Positions 22,071 through 31,736 of a stretch of DNA of 64,000 nt are shown piece by piece; the stretch's first letter is position 1; each line of letters begins with the position of its first letter. Location of the stretch: assembly GCA_963667035.1 (NCBI GenBank), contig OY762964.1, positions 736,001-800,000 on the forward strand. Reading direction: 5' to 3'. Origin of the DNA: Candidatus Cloacimonadales bacterium. GTDB taxonomy: Bacteria > Cloacimonadota > Cloacimonadia > Cloacimonadales > JAFGVF01. The notes below the pieces were generated by a model. That model saw only the letters and a list, made by a program, of their open reading frames with translations, searched no databases and had not been told where the DNA came from. Position numbers and translations under genes: made by a program.

Positions 22071-22415
22071 ATGAATAACATAGATACTTTCAAAATGGAA
22101 CGTGAAAGATTGAATAAGCTTCTGGATAGCTATGGAAACAAGACCACAAAGAGATTCTTGAATTTGGATACGAATACTTACAATGAAGGAGCTTTATCAG
22201 AAAAGATTAAAGAACTTCTTGGACTTGTTGCTTCCACTGTGCTCAGGTGTGATGATTGCATCATGTATCATTTGGATAGATGCCGTCAATTGGAAGTTTC
22301 CGATGAAGAGCTTATTGAAGCTTTGAATGTTGCTCTTATTGTGGGTGGTTCAATAACAATTCCTCATCTTAGAAGAGCAATTGATGTGTGGGTAGAACTG
22401 AAAGACAAAATTTAA
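22071..22415 (+). CDS. Carboxymuconolactone decarboxylase/AhpD-like protein
   Basis: EGALSEKIKELLGL and LRCDDCIMYH (CxxC). Confidence 0.88.
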   Translation: MNNIDTFKMERERLNKLLDSYGNKTTKRFLNLDTNTYNEGALSEKIKELLGLVASTVLRCDDCIMYHLDRCRQLEVSDEELIEALNVALIVGGSITIPHLRRAIDVWVELKDKI

Positions 22416-22480
22416 GCATTGTTACCGGAAAGGCAGAGTATAAATATTATTTAGCTAAACGCAGATATATATGATGAAAC

Positions 22481-22696
22481 CTAGATTATCAGTAGCATTT
22501 CATTGGGTTGTGAGTTAGGAAGTAATCTATCCTGGATAGCTGTTGCTATTACATTGTCGTTAAAAATAACTCCCCATTCATTAAACAACCTACTTACCGA
22601 TTTAAAGATGGATAAGTCTAAAGAACAGATTAGCAACCTTTGTTTAATGGGACGTTGTTCTATCTCATCTATAACTGCCAGGTCATTTATTGCAAC
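22481..22696 (-). pseudogene. istB: Degenerate fragment of an IS21-family IstB helper ATPase
   Basis: Manual minus-strand translation with no start codon gives DLAVIDEIEQRPI ... LFNEWGVIFNDNVIATAIQDRLL. This resembles the IstB Walker B motif (LLIIDEIGYLP) and the FxEWGxIFxDxxxAxAILDRLL motif. Confidence 0.7.
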
Positions 22697-22713
22697 TTAG
22701 GCACTATTTAAAA

Positions 22714-23046
22714 GTTTCAATTCTTGGTTTAGTGGATAATTAGGTAAATGACACTGGGACCGCGGACATCCTGTCCGCATCTCTTCTGCTTCAATCCTTG
22801 ATTTAATGGATAGTAGGTAAATAACGCTTCCAAGGATAAGCGACATGAGCAATAAAATAGGTTTCAATCCTTGATTTAATGGATAGTAGGTAAATAACTC
22901 AGTACTATTGCCAGTTATTTTAATAAGGTCTGCCAGTTTCAATCCTTGATTTAATGGATAGTAGGTAAATAACTTTTGTTTCGAGGTAGCACAACAAATT
23001 GGAGTTGAGTTTCAATCCTTGATTTAATGGATAGTAGGTAAATAAC
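22714..23046 (-). CRISPR. CRISPR array with 5 repeats and 4 spacers; no cas genes in the window
   Basis: 38-bp repeat GTTTCAATCCTTGATTTAATGGATAGTAGGTAAATAAC at 22861, 22936 and 23009; one-mismatch copy at 22788; degenerate copy at 22714. Spacers are 35, 35, 37 and 35 bp. The reverse complement ends in ATTGAAAC, so orientation is minus, with the leader to the right and the degenerate trailer repeat to the left. Confidence 0.95.
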
Positions 23047-23290
23047 TCATATTCTCACGTATATATTTAATTATCAGATGATTACAAAGAAATCTCAGAA
23101 CTGAATATCTGATAAAATCATGTGTGCTGATGCATAAAATACATCGGAATTTGCTTCTCGGGAACACGTAAACACTCTATAATAAAGGTCAAGGAGCAGA
23201 TTTCTATCAATTAAGCAATAATTTTGCCTCAGGAAAGATAAAATCAATTTAATATTTATTTCCTAATCAGTAATTGTCAATCAAAATATA
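23047..23290 (-). promoter_or_regulatory. Putative CRISPR leader
   Basis: AT-rich non-coding sequence abutting the conserved end of the array; boundary approximate. Confidence 0.55.
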
Positions 23291-23586
23291 TTGTTAAAAC
23301 ATGCTCTTCCGAATTGTTCTGTCTTTAAATAGCTACTCTAATCTGAATAAATGGGAGGTATTCCTTTAACCGATTAACTGCATTTTATCAAGTATATAAT
23401 CCATAAAGACACCGGTCTTTATGGAGAATATTATATCATGTAGTTTACGTAGTCTTTTTTTTGGTAAAACTTTGACCTCCCTAGGGTGGATACTTTTAAG
23501 GGTGACTCGCCAGACATAACTATCCATCTTTGAACCAATTACCTCCCTTCTGCACCACCATTAAAGACATAAGAAATTCTATGGTG

Positions 23587-23615
23587 AAAGTTATCCACAC
23601 GATGTGGATAACTTT
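23587..23615. promoter_or_regulatory. Inverted pair of consensus DnaA boxes
   Basis: TTATCCACA (23591-23599) CGA TGTGGATAA (23603-23611) within a longer palindrome AAAG...CTTT. Confidence 0.55.
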
Positions 23616-24075
23616 GGCGTTCGCCAAGGAGGGTCCAAGGAGGCTCCTTGGTGGATCCAATCCGGTTCCAATGTTTTTAATGGTCGCCTAGAAGGGGCGT
23701 AGAATGTTCATGACATGTTCATTTAGTGCGAATCATACATCTAACACTAGTTAATCCAGCAAGAATAGGGGGTTTTAGGACGTTCATCCGGCTATATGAA
23801 TTGTAGACATAAGAGTGGAATAGTTTACGTAGATGTTTGAATGAGATAAACATTACTAACATCCAACGCTATAATCAATTATGAAGATGAAAATACCGGA
23901 GCGGAAAACAAGGCAGATTTCTTAACACAAACTTATCAATCATATAACATACTTAAATGTAGTAAGTTACGGGTTCAGGTTGGCAACTATTCCATACCAT
24001 GAAGTTTAATGCTTGACAAAGTAACAAATTACAGGCTTTTCGACATGTAAAAACTAATGAAAAGGAGAGAATAGT

Positions 24076-27000
24076 TTGATGAAAAAAGGTCTGTTTAGCT
24101 TATTGATTCTATTAATTATCGGCATGTTATCAGCAGACTTCACTGAGAGCTTTGACAGCTGGTCTGACGGCTCATACAGTGGAATTTCAACTTATGACGG
24201 TGCCAGTGGACAGTGGGAAACTAACAATGCGATGTGTCATAATCAAAATGCTCGTTCCGGTAACGCAGTAAGATTTAATGACGATTCCAGTTCTATTGTG
24301 GAATACCTTTTGTACAAGGGACTTGATGGAAACGGTAAAGATGGTGGTTTGGGGACAATATCATTTTGGTATAGACACTGGGATGGAAACGTTTCTAGTG
24401 AACCGGTTGAATTTATCGTTGAATATCAAGTAGGAGGAACTTCAGGAGATTGGACAGCTATTGGTTCTTCTGTAAACGTTACCTCTACAGATTATACCGA
24501 ATACTCTGAAACTGTTGATTTATCGGGAGATGATATCTTCATCAGAATCAGTAATATTCAAGACAAGGAACGTCTTTTAATAGATGATATGACAGTAACT
24601 GATTATTCAAGTGGTAGCGGTAGTACTTTATCAGCAGCTTTCAGTGCTGACGTGACTTCCGGTTATGCACCTTTGACAGTTAATTTTACAGATGCAACAA
24701 CAGGTGGAACTCCTCCTTATACTTATGCTTGGGATTTCCAGAATGATTCTAATGATGACTCTTCAATTGAGAATCCTTCTTTTGTTTTTGACACTGAGGG
24801 TACTTATAGTGTTAAACTGACTGTTACTGATGCTGCATCAAGAACTTCCGATGTTGAATTAAAAACCGATTACATTACTGTTAGCACTAATCCTGATTAT
24901 TATGCAGGTATAACTGCAACTTCAGGAGCTGAACTTAAAAGTCAGTTACATGACTTGATAGACGGTCATACAACTTACAGTTACACAAGTCTTAACCCAT
25001 ATCTTATGGAAACGGATAAAGACCCGAATAATTCAAGTAACTGCATAGAAGTATACACAGGTGATTCAGAGTCGGCTGTTAGCTCAAAGGAGCATGTTTG
25101 GGCAAAGTCTCATGGTGAATTTGATACTATAGCTCCGGCAGGTTCGGATATGCATAACCTCAAGCCTAGTCAGGCTAATGTTAACTCTACAAGAAGTAAC
25201 AAGGACTTTGATGAGGGTGGTTCAGAAGTAGCTGATGCACCTAATAATTATACCGATTCGGATTCTTGGGAACCTAGAGATGAAGTTAAGGGTGATATCG
25301 CCAGAATCATTTTCTACATGGCAACTCGCTATGAGGGTGATGTTCCCGGAGCAATAGGTGAACCTGATCTTGAAATAGTAAATGAAGTTAATACTGAAGA
25401 TAATGATAATGGACTTACAGGATATGGCGAACATGGTAAACTTTCTACATTATTACTTTGGAATGCTCAAGATCCTGTAGATGCATTTGAAATGAATAGA
25501 AATGATGTAATTCAAAGTTATCAAGGTAATAGAAATCCCTTTATAGATCACCCTGAATGGGTTTCTGCTATTTGGCAGAATACTTTTAATGTGACTATCT
25601 ATGATATCCAATATGTTAGTAATCCTTCCATAGACGATGTATCTGCTTATGTGGATCAGGAAGTCAGCACTACAGGTTTGGTATCAGGAACTTTGACAGG
25701 CGGTTATTTCTTAACAACCGTTACAGGTGGAGCTTGGAACGGTATCTATGTTGATGATGCTGTAAATACTCCTAGCATTGGTGATGAAGTTTCTATTACA
25801 GGAACAGTTGAAGAGTATAACGGATTTACAAGAATTACTTCTGTTTCATCTTTCAGCACTGATAGTGTAAGCAATACTCTTCCGAGTCCTACGGTTGTTG
25901 CAACAAATGCTTTAGACGAACAATACGAAGGTGTTCTTGTTCAGGTTCAAAACGTTAATGTTACAAGTACTCCTGATACATATAATCAATGGGATGTAAC
26001 TGACGGAACAGGCAATTGTGAAGTAGATGATTTACTATATGCAACAACTCCTGACCCTCAGATTGGCGATGATTATTCCTCAATCACAGGATTAGTGAAC
26101 TATTCTTATGGTGTTTATGATATTAATCCAAGATCGGCTGATGACCTGGTTGAGCCGACAACACCCAATGTTAATCCTATTGCTAATGCAGGGACAGCAT
26201 ATTCTGCAACAGATTTAGATTTAGACGGTTGGGCAGATGTAACTCTCGATGCTTCCGCTTCATCGGATTCAGACGGTTCTATAGTTTCTTATGAATGGTC
26301 TTGGGATGATGGACAAGTGGGAGGAGAGGGTGCAACAGACCTTTTCTTCAGTGAATATGTTGAAGGCTCATCTAATAATAAATATCTTGAAATATTCAAC
26401 GGTACAGGTGCACCTGTAAATCTTGAAACTTATGAAGTGAGACTTTATTCTAATGGTGCAGACTCTGCAAGTAATACTCAAACTCTAAGCGGTACACTTG
26501 CTGATAACGATGTATATATAATTTCTCATGCAAGTGCGGCTTTAGGAGTTACAGCAAACATAACTTCAACAGTATGCTATTTTAATGGCGATGACACTGT
26601 AGCTCTTTATCATGATGGAGTACTGATTGATTGTATTGGTCAGATTGGTTTTGATCCGGGTTCATCATGGGGCTCATCTCCTACAACTACATCTAACTGT
26701 ACACTTGTTAGAAAGGTTACTGTTACTGATGGAGATACAGATGGCTCAGATTCTTTTGACCCGTCAGTAGAATGGGAAGGATATGATTCAGATACAGCAA
26801 CATACCTCGGTTCTCATACCTTTGGAGTAAAGGGTGCTAAAGTAGTGCAGACAGCTTCAGGTGTATCAGTTGTAAGAAGTTTCCCATTGGGTGTTACAAC
26901 CGTAACATTAACAGTAACAGATAATGACGGTGGTACCGATACGGATACAGCAACTGTGACAGTTTCCGAATCAACAACTAATCAGGCACCGACAATTACT

Positions 27001-28446
27001 AATATTGACCACTCTCCTAATAATCCTTATGATAGCCAGAATGTAGAAGTGACTGCCGATGTTACTGACATTGACGGAACTGTTTCGTCTGTTGAAATCA
27101 GATGGGGATTAGCATCAGGTTCTTTGACAAATACAGTTTCAATGAGCTTGGTTACAGGAGATACATATTCCGGAACAATCCCTGCACAAAGTGCTCAAAG
27201 TAAGGTGTATTATGCAATAGCTGCAACAGATGATGACAGTGACGTTACAGTATCTGGAGAGAGTTTGTATAATATTCGCTCTACTGCAAACGGACATCCT
27301 AGAGTTATATTCTCAGAAGTATGTGATCCTGCTGATTACAATGCCAGTTACATAGAATTGTACAATGCCGGTAATGCTGTTCAGAATCTGAGAGGTTGGT
27401 CTATAGTACAGTATAATTCCAATCAAACAACAGTATTGGATGATGTATCGAATACGGATATTGTTACCAATATGACAGGAGATTATCCTCTTTATCCGGG
27501 ACAATATGTAATTCTTATTAGAGGTACATTATCCGATTTATTAGCAACATATCCTGATTTTGACGGTTATTACTTCGAAGATGGAACAAGTAGTGCCGGA
27601 GCTCCTCAGATAAATGGAGGAGAGTACTTTGAATTATATGACACTCAATCTAAGGGTGTAACAGATAAGCTAGGTGATGCTTCTAATCCTATTAATGGTG
27701 ATACTGTTTATGAAAGATTAGATGCAAATTCGGAAGGATCCAGTGTTTCTTCCGATTGGGCAATTTCCGAAACATCTGGTACACCTTCTTCAGATAATAT
27801 TAATCTAATTGATAATGATATTAGTATTTTACCTGTTGTATTCAGTTATATGCTTGCAGAAATAGTGGAAGATAATGCTGTTGGTCTAACTTGGAAAACC
27901 GAGACTGAAAGTGAGATTTCTCATTTCGAAGTATATAGAGGAGTAACCGAGGAATTCGCAAACTCAACTGATTTACATTGCTCAATAGAAGCACAGAATA
28001 GTGTCAGTGGTAATCTCTATCACTTTGTAGATTCTGAAGTATACTTAGGTATAGGTTATTTCTACTGGATAGAAGCTGTGGATATCTCGGGTGAGTTGAA
28101 TCTGTATGGACCTGTATACGTAATGGTAGGTGAAGATAACCCCGGTGATACTCCTGAACCGGAAGTTATTATAACCGCTCTTAAGAATATTTATCCTAAT
28201 CCTTTTAATCCTTCAACAAGTATTGAGTATACACTTAAAGATGATGACTTTGTGAATATCTCTGTTTATGATGTAAGAGGACGAAGAGTTGCCACTCTTT
28301 ATAATAATTATCATTCTGCGGGGAAAGAAACTATTGTTTGGAATGGTACTGACGATAGAGGTAGGAGTTGTAGCTCGGGTGTATATTTCTTTAAAATGAG
28401 TACAAGTAACAAAACAATTTCTAAGAAAGCTATTCTAATGAAATAA
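24076..28446 (+). CDS. Secreted multidomain endonuclease (endonuclease I/EndA-NucM family) with PKD, OB-fold, lamin-tail and C-terminal FlgD-Ig/T9SS-like domains
   Basis: Nuclease motifs KEHVWAKSHG, SDMHNL, NSTRSN, KGDIARIIFYMATRY and RNDVIQSYQGNRNPFIDHPEW; PKD APLTVNFTD; lamin-tail LFFSEYVEGSSNNK; YPNPFNPST. Confidence 0.9.
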   Translation: MMKKGLFSLLILLIIGMLSADFTESFDSWSDGSYSGISTYDGASGQWETNNAMCHNQNARSGNAVRFNDDSSSIVEYLLYKGLDGNGKDGGLGTISFWYRHWDGNVSSEPVEFIVEYQVGGTSGDWTAIGSSVNVTSTDYTEYSETVDLSGDDIFIRISNIQDKERLLIDDMTVTDYSSGSGSTLSAAFSADVTSGYAPLTVNFTDATTGGTPPYTYAWDFQNDSNDDSSIENPSFVFDTEGTYSVKLTVTDAASRTSDVELKTDYITVSTNPDYYAGITATSGAELKSQLHDLIDGHTTYSYTSLNPYLMETDKDPNNSSNCIEVYTGDSESAVSSKEHVWAKSHGEFDTIAPAGSDMHNLKPSQANVNSTRSNKDFDEGGSEVADAPNNYTDSDSWEPRDEVKGDIARIIFYMATRYEGDVPGAIGEPDLEIVNEVNTEDNDNGLTGYGEHGKLSTLLLWNAQDPVDAFEMNRNDVIQSYQGNRNPFIDHPEWVSAIWQNTFNVTIYDIQYVSNPSIDDVSAYVDQEVSTTGLVSGTLTGGYFLTTVTGGAWNGIYVDDAVNTPSIGDEVSITGTVEEYNGFTRITSVSSFSTDSVSNTLPSPTVVATNALDEQYEGVLVQVQNVNVTSTPDTYNQWDVTDGTGNCEVDDLLYATTPDPQIGDDYSSITGLVNYSYGVYDINPRSADDLVEPTTPNVNPIANAGTAYSATDLDLDGWADVTLDASASSDSDGSIVSYEWSWDDGQVGGEGATDLFFSEYVEGSSNNKYLEIFNGTGAPVNLETYEVRLYSNGADSASNTQTLSGTLADNDVYIISHASAALGVTANITSTVCYFNGDDTVALYHDGVLIDCIGQIGFDPGSSWGSSPTTTSNCTLVRKVTVTDGDTDGSDSFDPSVEWEGYDSDTATYLGSHTFGVKGAKVVQTASGVSVVRSFPLGVTTVTLTVTDNDGGTDTDTATVTVSESTTNQAPTITNIDHSPNNPYDSQNVEVTADVTDIDGTVSSVEIRWGLASGSLTNTVSMSLVTGDTYSGTIPAQSAQSKVYYAIAATDDDSDVTVSGESLYNIRSTANGHPRVIFSEVCDPADYNASYIELYNAGNAVQNLRGWSIVQYNSNQTTVLDDVSNTDIVTNMTGDYPLYPGQYVILIRGTLSDLLATYPDFDGYYFEDGTSSAGAPQINGGEYFELYDTQSKGVTDKLGDASNPINGDTVYERLDANSEGSSVSSDWAISETSGTPSSDNINLIDNDISILPVVFSYMLAEIVEDNAVGLTWKTETESEISHFEVYRGVTEEFANSTDLHCSIEAQNSVSGNLYHFVDSEVYLGIGYFYWIEAVDISGELNLYGPVYVMVGEDNPGDTPEPEVIITALKNIYPNPFNPSTSIEYTLKDDDFVNISVYDVRGRRVATLYNNYHSAGKETIVWNGTDDRGRSCSSGVYFFKMSTSNKTISKKAILMK

Positions 28447-28467
28447 ATATAATTGAATAATAGTTAA

Positions 28468-28497
28468 GCCTGCTGAGAAATCAGCAGGCCTTTTTTT
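28468..28497 (+). terminator. Intrinsic terminator
   Basis: GCCTGCTGA-GAAA-TCAGCAGGC followed by T7. Confidence 0.88.
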
Positions 28498-28739
28498 ATT
28501 CCATACAAATGATAGTATGAAACTATAACTAATCTCATAATGCGGCATAAAGTCTTATTAATGTGTCACTTCCTGCCGGAAAAAATATAACCGTTTGAAA
28601 ATATTGTGAATTGTGAAAAGGAAATAACTAAAAATATTAAACTTAAAGAAACAAATAAAAATATTCAAAAAGTACTTGACGTCTATGTCTTGATTAATTT
28701 ATATAGTATTTGTTCTCTCGAACAACTGGAGGTAATGAA

Positions 28740-29798
28740 ATGAAAAGAGTATTGTTATGTATTGTTTTGTTTGTATTTGTCAGCTTCACAGGTTTGATGG
28801 CATACACATGGTATGATGTTGAGCCTAATAACATTTATGAGAACGCAGATGAAATCGTTGAAGAGGGAAACTACAATGTAGCCTATTGGGAAGGAGAAAT
28901 CAACTATGAAGGCGATATTGATTGGTTTTCTTTTCCTCTTTTAGATGGAGACCTTTGCAGAATAACATTCATGTCTTATGATTCTATGGCTTTAGGTTGC
29001 AATTTCTATTCTGATTTGCCACCATCAGAAGTTGAAGGTACAGCGGCTCCACTAACTCCATTTGAATCAGTTGCTGTTTCAGCAGGTGATGGAAACTACT
29101 ATGCAGAAGTATATGGAACAGCTGCATCTTATCCGGCTACCTATCTCTTGAAGATAGAAAATTTAACAAATGATACTTTCCTTCCTGTAACATTGTCCAC
29201 ATTCACCGCTATCTACAATAATGATGGAGTCGGTATTACATGGACAACTCAAACAGAAACAAATCTGGCAGGCTATAATCTTATTAGAAGCGAAACAACT
29301 AATATGACTGAAGGTATCAATGTTAATGGAGCTAAAATTATTGCTCACAATACTTCTACAGTCAAGACTTACAACTTCAAAGATGATGAAATTGAAGGTG
29401 CCGGTGCATATTATTACTGGCTTGAAGTCGTAGAAATTGATGGAGGAATTGATTATCATGGACCTGTTCAGGTAGATATAGTTGAGGATGAAGAAGGAGA
29501 AGAAACTCCTGATGTTGTATATAGTACAGGTATTATCAGTAGTTATCCTAATCCATTCTCCAGCAATATTGATATCCAGGTTGAAATGGGAAAATCTGCA
29601 AATACTGAGATCTCAGTTTATAACATTAAAGGTGAAAAGATTAATGTTATTCAAACCGGAGAGCTGGGTGTAGGTACTCATACATTTAACTGGAATGGCA
29701 GAGATGTACATGGTAAGACAGTTTCAAATGGTATCTACTTCTTTAGATTAAACAGTCATGAAGGGACTTTTACTCATAAGGTAACTTATATTAAGTAA
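28740..29798 (+). CDS. Secreted protein with N-terminal PPC-like beta-sandwich and C-terminal FlgD-Ig/T9SS-like domain; paralogue 1
   Basis: GGAGG before ATG 28740; signal peptide; EPNN...GDIDWF motif; LPVTLSTF; YPNPF. Confidence 0.8.
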   Translation: MKRVLLCIVLFVFVSFTGLMAYTWYDVEPNNIYENADEIVEEGNYNVAYWEGEINYEGDIDWFSFPLLDGDLCRITFMSYDSMALGCNFYSDLPPSEVEGTAAPLTPFESVAVSAGDGNYYAEVYGTAASYPATYLLKIENLTNDTFLPVTLSTFTAIYNNDGVGITWTTQTETNLAGYNLIRSETTNMTEGINVNGAKIIAHNTSTVKTYNFKDDEIEGAGAYYYWLEVVEIDGGIDYHGPVQVDIVEDEEGEETPDVVYSTGIISSYPNPFSSNIDIQVEMGKSANTEISVYNIKGEKINVIQTGELGVGTHTFNWNGRDVHGKTVSNGIYFFRLNSHEGTFTHKVTYIK

Positions 29799-29845
29799 GA
29801 TAAACAAGAAAGAGAGAATGAAAGGGATGCTGACAGCATCCCTTT

Positions 29846-31508
29846 CAGACTGTTGACAAAGCTATGAGTAAGATTTCATGGCTTTGTCTTTTTTTAGCTT
29901 AAAATAAGAATATCAATCATTGACAAAAACCCCCTTAGATTATACTTAAACCATCATAATTAGAGGTGGTTATGCTTAAAAAAGTTTCTGACACACAGTC
30001 CCAAATGGAGTTTGTAATAATAGATGATTTAGTACCGGTAGATCACATACTAAGGAAAATCGATAGCGTAATTGATTTTTCATTCATTTTAGATAGAACA
30101 GCGCATTTGTATTGTTCTACTACCGGTCGTCCTCCAATTCATCCTATTACTCTTTTCAAAATGCTTTTTATTGGCTATCTATTCGGTATTCGCTCGGAAA
30201 GACAATTGGTCAAAGAGATAGAGGTCAATGTGGCTTATCGTTGGTTCTTAGGCTTTGGACTAACTGATAAAGTACCTCATCACTCAGTCTTCAGTCAAAA
30301 TCGTAGAAGGCGATTTAATGATAGCAGCGTATTCGAAGAGATTTTTATAGATATAGTGAAGTTAGGCATTAAACATGGATTAGTTGATGGAAAGATACTT
30401 TATAGCGACTCAACCCATCTAAAGGCAAATGCTAATAAAGGTAAATTCGAGGATATTGAAGTTGAGGTATCCTCCAAGAGTTACTTGGAAGATCTTAACA
30501 CAAGCGTTGATGAAGATCGGAAGGCTCATGGTAAGAAACCTTTACCTCCTAAGGATAACAATCTTAAAGGAGGAGCATCACCTAAAGTAAAAAATATCAA
30601 GTCTAGCACAACAGATCCCGATAGTGGCTTTATGACCCGTGATAGAAAGCCTCAAGGCTTCTTCTACTTAGATCATAGGACAGTCGACCATAAAACGAAC
30701 TATATAACCGATGTTCACATTACTCCCGGCAATGTAAATGATAGCACCTGCTATATTGACAGGTTACAGTTCCAACAAAAGGTTTATGGTTTTAATGTTC
30801 AGGCAGTAGGGCTTGATTCAGGATATGATACAATTAACATTTGTAAGCAACTGGTAGATATGAATATTATGGGAGTCCTTGGCTACAAAAGACAGGGAGG
30901 TAAGAAAGGTCTATTTAAAAAGAACAAATTTACATATAATTCCCGGAAGGATGTTTACATATGTCCATGTAATAAAGAGTTAAATTATAGAACAACGAGC
31001 CGTGATGGCTATAAAGAATACAAGTCGAATCCTAGTGAATGCAAGAATTGTCCAATGCTAAGTAAATGTACAGAAAGTAAGTCTTCTCAAAAAGTAATCA
31101 CTCGTCATGTCTGGGAAGAGAGCAAAGAGATAATCCACAAGAATAGGTTAACATTATGTGGGAAAGAGATATACAAGAGGAGAAAAGAAACCATTGAGAG
31201 AAGCTTTGCCAATGCAAAGCAACTTCATGGCTACCGATATGCAAAATATCGAGGAATAGAGCGAGTTCGAGAACAAGCTTATCTAACAGCTATTGTGCAA
31301 AATATCAAGAAACTCGTAAAATACCTTTTCAAAGGTAAATTAGGGAAATTAATAGCAAAATTTATCATCAATTACATGATTTTCAACTCCAATTTACACG
31401 AAAATAGAGCTAAATCTCGCATGTTTAGGTTTGGGCTCAGTTAAAATGAAGAAAAATGACTTTCAACAATATATCCATGTAAATTAGAATGTTTTTGTCA
31501 ACAATCTG
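29846..31508 (+). mobile_element. IS1182-family insertion sequence, copy 2 (1663 bp)
   Basis: Same IRs and length as copy 1. Flanked by the 25-bp direct repeat AAAGGGATGCTGACAGCATCCCTTT (29821-29845 and 31509-31533). Confidence 0.93.
29966..31444 (+). CDS. IS1182-family DDE transposase
   Basis: Translation identical to 18330..19808. Confidence 0.93.
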   Translation: MVMLKKVSDTQSQMEFVIIDDLVPVDHILRKIDSVIDFSFILDRTAHLYCSTTGRPPIHPITLFKMLFIGYLFGIRSERQLVKEIEVNVAYRWFLGFGLTDKVPHHSVFSQNRRRRFNDSSVFEEIFIDIVKLGIKHGLVDGKILYSDSTHLKANANKGKFEDIEVEVSSKSYLEDLNTSVDEDRKAHGKKPLPPKDNNLKGGASPKVKNIKSSTTDPDSGFMTRDRKPQGFFYLDHRTVDHKTNYITDVHITPGNVNDSTCYIDRLQFQQKVYGFNVQAVGLDSGYDTINICKQLVDMNIMGVLGYKRQGGKKGLFKKNKFTYNSRKDVYICPCNKELNYRTTSRDGYKEYKSNPSECKNCPMLSKCTESKSSQKVITRHVWEESKEIIHKNRLTLCGKEIYKRRKETIERSFANAKQLHGYRYAKYRGIERVREQAYLTAIVQNIKKLVKYLFKGKLGKLIAKFIINYMIFNSNLHENRAKSRMFRFGLS

Positions 31509-31736
31509 AAAGGGATGCTGACAGCATCCCTTTTCTCATGCTTATCTATTAACCGGAATGGGATAAAGCATGACACAGTAAATATTAACGAAATACAAAT
31601 ATGCCTAATTGAAAACATTAACAAAATCAATAATACTAAAAGGTAAAACAAGTTATAAAGTTAAAAAAGTACTTGACCGGTATAGTTATCCCGGGATAAA
31701 TTGAACCAGTTCTCTCGAACATCTGGAGGTAATTAT

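Noticed and set aside
22503..22700. 65-aa plus-strand ORF
   Set aside because: It is antisense to the istB-like remnant and has no recognisable motif.
22697..22942. 81-aa minus-strand ORF
   Set aside because: It is a translation of CRISPR repeats and spacers.
23470..23516. Possible IS21 left end (minus strand TGTCTGGCG...AAAAGTATCCAC), which would place the CRISPR array inside an IS21 remnant
   Set aside because: No convincing partner inverted repeat near 22420 and no istA remnant found by eye.
23587..23615. oriC
   Set aside because: Only two DnaA boxes and no dnaA/dnaN/gidA context.
18210..31508. Composite transposon formed by the two IS copies
   Set aside because: Each copy has its own distinct target duplication, indicating independent insertions.
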